Below are positions 57,154 through 64,000 of a DNA stretch of 64,000 nt, in pieces; positions within the stretch are counted from its first letter, which is position 1; every line of letters starts with the position of its first letter. The notes beneath the pieces are model-generated. The model made no database searches and had not been told where the DNA came from. It saw nothing but the letters and a program-made list of their open reading frames with translations. Position numbers and translations under genes: made by a program. Origin of the DNA: an uncultured delta proteobacterium (lineage in GTDB: Bacteria; Desulfobacterota; Desulfomonilia; Desulfomonilales; Desulfomonilaceae); assembly GCA_963789265.1 (NCBI GenBank), contig CAWBKB010000001.1:288001-352000 (forward strand). Reading direction: 5' to 3'.

Positions 57154-57765
57154 TCACCCTGTGGTAAGGTAAAATATGACAAGTGTCACCGGTGGTGCAG
57201 TGAGCAGCAGGGCATAAAGTCCATATGTATTACAAATATTTCTAAGACCTATCCGTCGGGCCGAGCACCAATCAATCTGAAAATCCGCTCGATTCTTAGC
57301 CTTGAAAAGTTCAAAGTCGATGACATCGTGATTTTCCTGATATCGCCGCAAAATGCTAGCATATCGTTTTGATATCTTTTGGATTTGCTCAGGAGTATGG
57401 CCATTTTCCTCATTGTAGGGCGCTAGCTGGAGAAGATCGTTGTAAACATTGGTGATCTCGTTGGCGCAGTTATAGAGCCTTTCAGCCCTAAGTTGATAAT
57501 TCTTGGAAGCCTCAAGCAATGACAGCACCAATATGAACAATGACGCCAACAGCGTGGTAAATGCCAGAATATTTAGATATTTTACATTGAACACGAGAAA
57601 ATATGGTGCTAACCGCAAGCCAATTACATATATGCTCAGAATCGCGATCGATAAGATAGACCAGAGACTTTTTGTCTTGCAGCGCCTGTAGGTATTATAT
57701 CTAGCTCCTTTAGTGACCCACATTTTTTTGGCAAGCTCTTGTCCAAACGGAGTTTTTTCTGCCAC
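57154..57765 (-). CDS. SLATT domain two-TM membrane effector (SLATT_5-like)
   Basis: KMWVTKGARYN..RR, two TM helices, LSLLE...NYQLRAERLYNCANEI, Y..IL....ENH...DF, C-terminal TM. Confidence 0.8.
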   Translation of the reverse strand: MAEKTPFGQELAKKMWVTKGARYNTYRRCKTKSLWSILSIAILSIYVIGLRLAPYFLVFNVKYLNILAFTTLLASLFILVLSLLEASKNYQLRAERLYNCANEITNVYNDLLQLAPYNEENGHTPEQIQKISKRYASILRRYQENHDVIDFELFKAKNRADFQIDWCSARRIGLRNICNTYGLYALLLTAPPVTLVIFYLTTG

Positions 57766-57925
57766 GAGGCGCCTCCGGGTGTTCGCTTTGTCGAGCGTAG
57801 GGGCCGCCTCTGAAATAAAAAAACTCTCCGAAGTGCTATGCCTCGGAGATCCTGGGCCTCACAGGGCTCGGATTACAAATACCCCCGCCGTGCTGACAGG
57901 AGCCTCCCTTGCGGGGAGGCAACCC
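57766..57925 (-). ncRNA. Candidate structured ncRNA between the RT and SLATT genes
   Basis: GC-rich 160 nt within an AT-rich locus, with at least four stems and a U-rich single-stranded tract. Confidence 0.45.
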
Positions 57926-58447
57926 CTACGAAATCAATCCTACATCAAGATCAAGATCTGACAAGTGTTTTTTCTTCACGCCGATAAATAAGATTTCGAT
58001 TTGCTCGCGTGAATAGCGTTTTTCAGGATTCAACAATCCCCTATCAGCTAAGTATTTGATTTTGGCAGGGACTGTCTCATATAATTCATAATTTTGTATG
58101 TAGCCACCAAAGGTGTCATACTTTATCTTGTAAAATGCAGTTGACAATTTCTTTAGCTGCCCAGGCGTGCGGTAGTCGAAATCAGATAGCCTGCGAAAAA
58201 AACCTCTAATGATTCCGTCCAATTTATGGAGTAACTGCATGTCATTGATCTCTGCGAAGTAAAATAACCAACCATATCGTTTCTGCTCACTAATCGCTCC
58301 AGTTATTTTTTCGTTGAGATCTTCTATGAAGACCCGTTCTTGGGTTTCCTTGGTCATCCATCCGCATTTCTTCAATTGGTCCCCCGAATTATGAAGGTAC
58401 CAGGTGAACCTGGCAGCTATCGAAGTGAGGAATCTCTCTATATTTTG

Positions 58448-60057
58448 GGGTGCCGCGATTTCTTGTCATGAGTGGCTCAAGTAAAAACGAGTAGATAGCA
58501 CGGAGAAAGGAGTGGTTTCCGGTCCTCTTATGGGGTACATGACGTTTGGCGAACGATGTATCCGCTGGGGAGGACCGGATATGGAACAAGGAATACCGAA
58601 CATAATCTCGCTGGTCAATGAGATTCTCGCCTTTGTGCGAGAGTCAGCGCAAGGAATGGAAATCGGGGAAGTAGAAAGGCAGCTTCTTCCCATGGTGATG
58701 GCGGTCGGGAAAGCGGCTCTTGAAGAATTTGTGTCTGAAAAGGGGACCGGATATGCCGGCAAGGAGATCATCGAACCCCAGGGCCATCGATTGCCATATG
58801 TTCGTGACAGGGGATGTGCATATCGGTCCATCTTTGGAACGATATCCATCCGGAGAGCCTACTATCACGCAACCGGCTCACCGGGAGTCTTTCCTTTGGA
58901 TGGAGAGATCAACTTGCCTGAGAGAGGCTATTCATACCTGGTTCAGGAGTTCTCTTCCCGGCTTGCGGTTTCGATGAGCTACGAGGATGCGGAGGAGATT
59001 TTTCGTTCCTTCTTTCCCGTAAGGATGCCAATTCGTTCACTGGAGAGCATTGTGGGAGACGTCTGCGACGAGGTGGATCGATACTACGCAGAGAAGGCCC
59101 CGCCGGATCTTTGTCCGGATGCTGTGGTAACGGTCGCTACCGTAGACAAGAAGGGGGTGGTTATTCGTAAGCCCCAGGAAGGCGGGGCCGGTCCCGAGAG
59201 GGTCTCCGTTGATCCCGACAAGCCCGGAAAGAAGAAGATGGCAACCGTGATCTCCACCTACGTCACTCCACGTTACGTCCGCACGGAGGACGACATTGTC
59301 CGTGAGGTATCGGACGAGGGTAGTTTCGATTCCAGGCCCAAACCCCAGGACAAGCTTACGTGGGGCAGCCTCACCGATGGTTCGGAAAAGACGGTGGCCC
59401 GCCTGAAGAAGGCTGTCGAACAGCGATTGCCGAAAGGTAACGAGCTGGTCTGTATCCTGGACGGAGAGCGTTCTCTCTGGGCACTGGTATGCGCATATTT
59501 TCCTGCAGCCTTTTTCGTGCTGGACATCTTTCACGTCCTGGAACACTTGGGGAAAGCCGCTCTTTGCTTTTATGACGAGGGCAGCCCGCAAGCCAGAGAA
59601 TTCGTGACGGAGAGATTGAGAATGCTCCTGGGCGGCAGGGCCGGCAGGCTTATCGGCGGGCTCAAGCAGATGCTAACCAAGCAGGAACTCTCCGGCGCCA
59701 AGAAACATTGCATCGAACAAGTCATCGGGTATCTCCAACGAAACCGCAAGCACATGCGGTACGAAATCTGCTTGGCAAAAGGCTATCCCATCGGCAGCGG
59801 GGTCATTGAAGGAGCATGTCGCAACCTCATCAACGACAGATTGGAACTCACGGGGATGAGTTGGACGATCCATGGAGCGGAAAGCATGATCCACCTGAGG
59901 GCCGTTCACATCAACAACGACTGGGATCTCTTTTGGAATTATAGACGAAGATCGGAGAGGCGACGCCTCTACGGCATCGAAGATACAAACTCTCCCGAGA
60001 TCCGGGATCAAGAACTACCGCGTGCCGCATAACTCCTGACAGAAAGTAGCGGCACCC
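58448..60057 (+). mobile_element. ISKra4-family insertion sequence, 1610 bp, with 9-bp target duplication TATATTTTG
   Basis: IRs gggtgccgcgatttcttgtcatgagt / actcctgacagaaagtagcggcaccc; TSD at 58439-58447 and 60058-60066. Confidence 0.92.
58581..60032 (+). CDS. ISKra4-family transposase
   Basis: FPLD..INLP...YSY, LDGE..LW, LDIFHVLEHL, GYPIGSGVIEGAC. Confidence 0.9.
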   Translation: MEQGIPNIISLVNEILAFVRESAQGMEIGEVERQLLPMVMAVGKAALEEFVSEKGTGYAGKEIIEPQGHRLPYVRDRGCAYRSIFGTISIRRAYYHATGSPGVFPLDGEINLPERGYSYLVQEFSSRLAVSMSYEDAEEIFRSFFPVRMPIRSLESIVGDVCDEVDRYYAEKAPPDLCPDAVVTVATVDKKGVVIRKPQEGGAGPERVSVDPDKPGKKKMATVISTYVTPRYVRTEDDIVREVSDEGSFDSRPKPQDKLTWGSLTDGSEKTVARLKKAVEQRLPKGNELVCILDGERSLWALVCAYFPAAFFVLDIFHVLEHLGKAALCFYDEGSPQAREFVTERLRMLLGGRAGRLIGGLKQMLTKQELSGAKKHCIEQVIGYLQRNRKHMRYEICLAKGYPIGSGVIEGACRNLINDRLELTGMSWTIHGAESMIHLRAVHINNDWDLFWNYRRRSERRRLYGIEDTNSPEIRDQELPRAA

Positions 60058-61154
60058 TATATTTTGTTCTCTTATGGTTACTTTGGGTAACTCTAAGTGA
60101 TAGCCCAAATAATCGTACGGGCAGTTGGAAATATTGCACTCCGTTTTTCTTTTACTGAGGTTCAAGTCCAATTCGGTCAGGTCACGGGTTATTTCTGTTT
60201 CAAGTTCGTCTGCATTTTCTTCCTGGACAAAGAACAAAATATCGTCCACGTACCTAAAATATTTGAGCCCGTACCGCTGAAATTTCTGGTCCAATTGATG
60301 GAGATAGATATTTGCTAGAATGTTTGATATCGCAAGACCCTGAGGTATTCCTTTGTCGGTCTTATACTGTCCGCGGTCAGATCTGCTGTTGAGTGGAACT
60401 GTTGGTGTGCTGACGGCTAGTTTCAGCAACGTAAGTATTTTCGGCGATTTAACCTTGGCACGAATAATCGACATAAGGACCAAGCGATTTATGCTATCAT
60501 AAAATGACTTGATGTCACCTTTGAAGTAACATAGAGTTTGCTGTCCATTCGATTTATCGAACTCTTTTATTTCTCTTATGTAATCATTTGGCAACCTTCT
60601 GTTCACAGAGAGCGGAAACACTTGATGCATGAATTCCTTCAATAAATACAAGACTATGCGATCGCGCATGGTAGCGACTGAAATCACTCTAGGAAGTTTG
60701 CCCCTGCCTTTGCTCAGTAACTTCTCAACGTATGGCGTAAATCTATATGTTCCTTTATTACATTTCCGATAAATAACTTGGAAGTGTTCTTTTTTATCTC
60801 GATTGAAGGTTTTAATACCAATTCGATCCAAACCTCTGGTCGGTTTTTTCGAGACAAAATTATCGTAAGCTGATTCAATGCTCTTTATAGAAAATAATCT
60901 CTTGAAACGTTCTGCAGGATAGGGCATCGCTGGCATATCACCGTTTCACAAAACTACCGCATCTTTTCTCTATCACAGCAACTGTTTCATTACAATTGAA
61001 ATCTGATACGTGGCACTACGGGAGGAAGTTTGGGGACGCTCTTAAAAAATTAACAAACTTTCTGCCGTAATCTGTAGTGATTCCCATGGGCAATCTTCTT
61101 TATTCTACGCGCGGCGTAGCCAACACTTGGAACTGTCATTCCAGGTGGGGGGCA

Positions 61155-61344
61155 GGGGTCAAGTCTACTCTTGGCTCATCTGCGCGCTGGCATCCAGTGC
61201 CGTAGGGGCGCCGAAGGGGTCAAGTGTGCTCTTGACTCACGTTGCGCGTGTTACTCGATGTCATGGTGCGCCTAAATGAGCCAAGAGCAGACCCGACCCT
61301 CTTTGGTTACAGCCGAACCATGAGTCAAGAGCAGACCTGACCCC
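61155..61344. repeat. Cluster of four 24-bp repeats, two forward then two inverted
   Basis: ggggtcaagt.t.ctcttg.ctca at 61155 and 61216; inverted tgag.caagagcagacc.gaccc at 61277 and 61321. Confidence 0.75.
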
Positions 61345-61545
61345 TTTGCCTCTTTCAGGCGCTGACGGAGGCTGTGCGCGACTCGGCCGTACCCTCAGGA
61401 AACACCCTCGTTCCTTGCTACGGAGAAGTTTTTCCTTGACGGAGGGCCTTTCAATGGGTGACCTCTTTCGAAGGTTCCAATTTCTTGAGGTATTTCTAAA
61501 GAAAGCGATTCGTTTCGGACAGCGAACCACTATAGGAGGCCTGTA

Positions 61546-62493
61546 ATGTCCTACAGTCAAACAGTATACGATCTTCTCGAAAATTTTGTTCCAATAGGAA
61601 CATTCTCGTATGCAGCGTTGGTGAGCCGAGAACCCCATTATGAGCATTTTGCTGAAAACGTCCGGGCAGCCGCCATTGCCTCAACATTGGGGCTTAAGAG
61701 CTTAGATTACGCAAAGCGCCGGTACGATTGTAAGGACCAGGGGGTAGAGACGGAAGTACTCCCAATTAACGCATATATCGACGCGTATCACTTTACGAAT
61801 TCATATGTGAGGAATTGCATTGCCTCTCTAAAGACTGATGAAAAGCCGGAGCCTTCTGCTGGAGAGTTTTGTGCGGCAGTTGTTCTCACAAGACTACCCT
61901 CCAGTTTTTTTTGCGCTCATTTAATGTACGAATTGGGGCACCGGTATGAGGGGCATGCAATATCGAGGCTTATTCTCGAACAACTTGCTTGGGCCTATGC
62001 GGCCTTCAAAGCTCAAGATGTAGAGATTGTAAAAAAAATCCGTACAACGAAAACATTGTCAACACTCACGTCATTTGCCCCCCAAGCGGGTGAGTTATAT
62101 GGTTTCTTAAGTAAGAAGACCCATATTGATTATTCGATTCATCCGGAGTTCTTAAGAATCTATGATGGTACAAATGCTATTATTCGAAGCCACGGCGACT
62201 ACATTTTGCCTGAATACGGTTCGGTAATCCTTCTGCTGGGCGATCTATTTGGTTTAGTATGGGAGGCATCTCAGTTTCAATATATAGTTTCACCGCAGGC
62301 GGTTGAATCGAGGCGAGGCACTTGTTTTCCCAAACCAGATCGAGCGTACCTTTTAAGCATGCAGGAATACCTGAGTAATATCGACCAAGCCGTACAGGAG
62401 GCTTATCATGCTCTAAATGAAGAATCGGGCGAAATTTCTGCGGCTCTGAGAATCTTTAGAGAATGGTCTACTCAGAGAGTAACTAACGGCTGA
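61546..62493 (+). CDS. Low-GC hypothetical protein, possible HEPN-like (DUF5677-type) fold
   Basis: AGGAGG RBS; SRLILEQ and LYGFLSKKTH motifs. Confidence 0.5.
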   Translation: MSYSQTVYDLLENFVPIGTFSYAALVSREPHYEHFAENVRAAAIASTLGLKSLDYAKRRYDCKDQGVETEVLPINAYIDAYHFTNSYVRNCIASLKTDEKPEPSAGEFCAAVVLTRLPSSFFCAHLMYELGHRYEGHAISRLILEQLAWAYAAFKAQDVEIVKKIRTTKTLSTLTSFAPQAGELYGFLSKKTHIDYSIHPEFLRIYDGTNAIIRSHGDYILPEYGSVILLLGDLFGLVWEASQFQYIVSPQAVESRRGTCFPKPDRAYLLSMQEYLSNIDQAVQEAYHALNEESGEISAALRIFREWSTQRVTNG

Positions 62494-62560
62494 ACAACTC
62501 CTTGCGCGGAAGGGGGGACGCTCTCAAACCACACTGCACGTCCCTCAATTTTATGTTTCT

Positions 62561-63913
62561 CTATTTTTCCAAAAGCGTCTCCACTCCTGTCCAATCGGAC
62601 GGGACGCCGTTCACCATGTAGTTGGCGCAGCGCTTAAGATATATTCGGGCAGCCAGATCTCCCGGATTCTTCTCCAGCACCTGGTTGAAATGAACACTGG
62701 CTTCGGAAAATTTCTTGCCATAGTAGAGCTGAATACCGCTTTCAAATGCAGGTTTCGTTTGCTCTTTCAAGCCGGCTCCGCTTTCAGGATCTCCCTCAAA
62801 TACTTCATAAACGGTAACAGAATCCTCTCTTCCCATTACACGCACTTTGTCCATGAAACGATGCCTGTATCGGTCCGGTTCTTTCATGGCAGAAAGAGTC
62901 TCGTCACTCAGGCTGACGTAGGAGCCGTACATCTTGTTCAAACCCTCGATGCGTGCGGCAAGGTTCACCGCATCCGCCACAACGGCTCCTTGCATACGAT
63001 CTTCACTACCGATGACGCCCAGCATGAGATCGGCACGGTGGAGTCCTATTCCAATTCCGATGGGCCCAAACCCGGCTCTCTCGCGTTCCTTGTTGTACTC
63101 GGCCACAGCCTCCTGCATTCGGACGGCTGCTCTCACAGCATCATCCGGTGTTCCAGGGAACAGGGCCATCACGCCGTCTCCATAGTACTGATCTATGAAC
63201 CCATTGCAGCCCTTAATCACCGGGCCGACTCGTCTCAGATAGGCATTGATGAAACTGAAAGCCTCCTCCGGGGTCATCTTTTCCAGCAGGGTGGTCCATC
63301 CCCGAATATCCGCAAACATGACGGTCATTTTCCGGCTCACCTGATCACCCAAACTGATTTCGAGAATACTATTCTTCTGCAGTAAATCGATGAACTCCCT
63401 CGGCACAAAACGCTCATAGACGTCGTTCAACGACGCCAACTCTGCAGTTCGTTCTTTCACCCTTTCTTCCAGGAGTTCAGTGTACATCCGGAGCTCGTTG
63501 TTTTTCTCTGCAAGATTCTGTTTCAAAAGACTCATGGTTAGATGAGTATTGACCCTCACATGAACTTCTTCAGGTTGAAAAGGCTTCGAGATGTAGTCCA
63601 CAGCCCCTGTCGCGAACCCCTTTACCTTATTGGCTGTATCGTCAAGAGCGGAAAGAAAAATGACCGGGATATCTCGAGTCGCCGGATCGGATTTAAGCCG
63701 ACTGCACACTTCAAATCCGTCCATTCCCGGCATCATAATGTCAAGGAGAATGAGATCCGGCCTCGGTTCTGCAACAGCCATTTTGAGCGCCTTCTCTCCA
63801 TTAATGGCCGCCACGATAGCGTATTGATCCTTCAGCGTCCCCATGAGGATTTGAATGTTTTCCGGGGTGTCATCCACAATGAGAACTTTGGGTTTTTTCT
63901 CACTATCTCCCAT
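62561..63913 (-). CDS. Response regulator fused to class III adenylate/guanylate cyclase
   Basis: IVDD, LLDIMMP, KPF receiver; MFADIRG, GDGVMALF, DAVNLAARIEGL cyclase. Confidence 0.92.
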   Translation of the reverse strand: MGDSEKKPKVLIVDDTPENIQILMGTLKDQYAIVAAINGEKALKMAVAEPRPDLILLDIMMPGMDGFEVCSRLKSDPATRDIPVIFLSALDDTANKVKGFATGAVDYISKPFQPEEVHVRVNTHLTMSLLKQNLAEKNNELRMYTELLEERVKERTAELASLNDVYERFVPREFIDLLQKNSILEISLGDQVSRKMTVMFADIRGWTTLLEKMTPEEAFSFINAYLRRVGPVIKGCNGFIDQYYGDGVMALFPGTPDDAVRAAVRMQEAVAEYNKERERAGFGPIGIGIGLHRADLMLGVIGSEDRMQGAVVADAVNLAARIEGLNKMYGSYVSLSDETLSAMKEPDRYRHRFMDKVRVMGREDSVTVYEVFEGDPESGAGLKEQTKPAFESGIQLYYGKKFSEASVHFNQVLEKNPGDLAARIYLKRCANYMVNGVPSDWTGVETLLEK

Positions 63914-64000
63914 TTTTCTTCCCTCTATGGAGTATTGGTTAGCTCGGCTTTAGCCCCAAAAGAGCGGCTGAAAATAGACCGGCAGCCACACGTCTCTATT

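Larger units (their letters stand above)
57926..60936 (-). pseudogene. Defense-type (UG/DRT-like) reverse transcriptase, 463 aa when rejoined, interrupted by ISKra4
   Basis: DIKSFYDSI, GIPQGLAISNILANIYL, YVDD, DYLGY; 60936-60058 joins 58438-57926 in frame (REQNI-ERFLTSI...LKKCGW). Confidence 0.9.

Noticed and set aside
57926..58375. 149-aa ORF as an independent gene
   Set aside because: It is the in-frame C-terminus of the IS-split RT
59911..60936. RT as a retron, group II intron or DGR
   Set aside because: No VTG motif after YVDD, no maturase/endonuclease tail or intron domain V seen, and no template/variable repeat pair or avd gene. The ORF's last ~48 aa are read-through into the IS.

Overview
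64 kb of a bacterial chromosome. Gene content (DUF2889 pairs, DUF169, ResB/CcsA, split methylmalonyl-CoA mutase, orphan outer-membrane barrels, dense REP/MITE-like repeats) suggests an anaerobic deltaproteobacterium, Desulfomonile-like by inference. The backbone carries acyl-CoA metabolism, panB/panE, cytochrome c biogenesis, nagZ and a methylmalonyl-CoA pathway in two convergent halves (sucCD-carboxyltransferase-mutase B12 subunit at 19.9-24.4 kb; epimerase-biotin carrier-mutase large subunit at 44.3-47.3 kb). Between the halves lies an accessory block: a 2-hydroxyacyl-CoA dehydratase cluster and a rhodanese gene bracketed by solitary type I-E-like and I-C-like CRISPR repeats, a 27-repeat I-C array, a divergent I-C cas operon (cas5-cas8[internal cas11]-cas7-cas3-cas4-cas1-cas2), a WYL regulator, and an MNT-HEPN toxin-antitoxin pair behind a duplicated copy of the WYL 5' region. 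The most interesting locus is at 57.1-61.0 kb: an AT-rich reverse transcriptase, a structured 160-nt spacer (candidate ncRNA) and a SLATT membrane effector. The RT is split by an ISKra4 element with a perfect 9-bp target duplication, so it is hidden in the ORF track; removing the IS restores a 463-aa open frame. About a dozen ordinary genes have single frameshifts, most likely sequencing or assembly indels.
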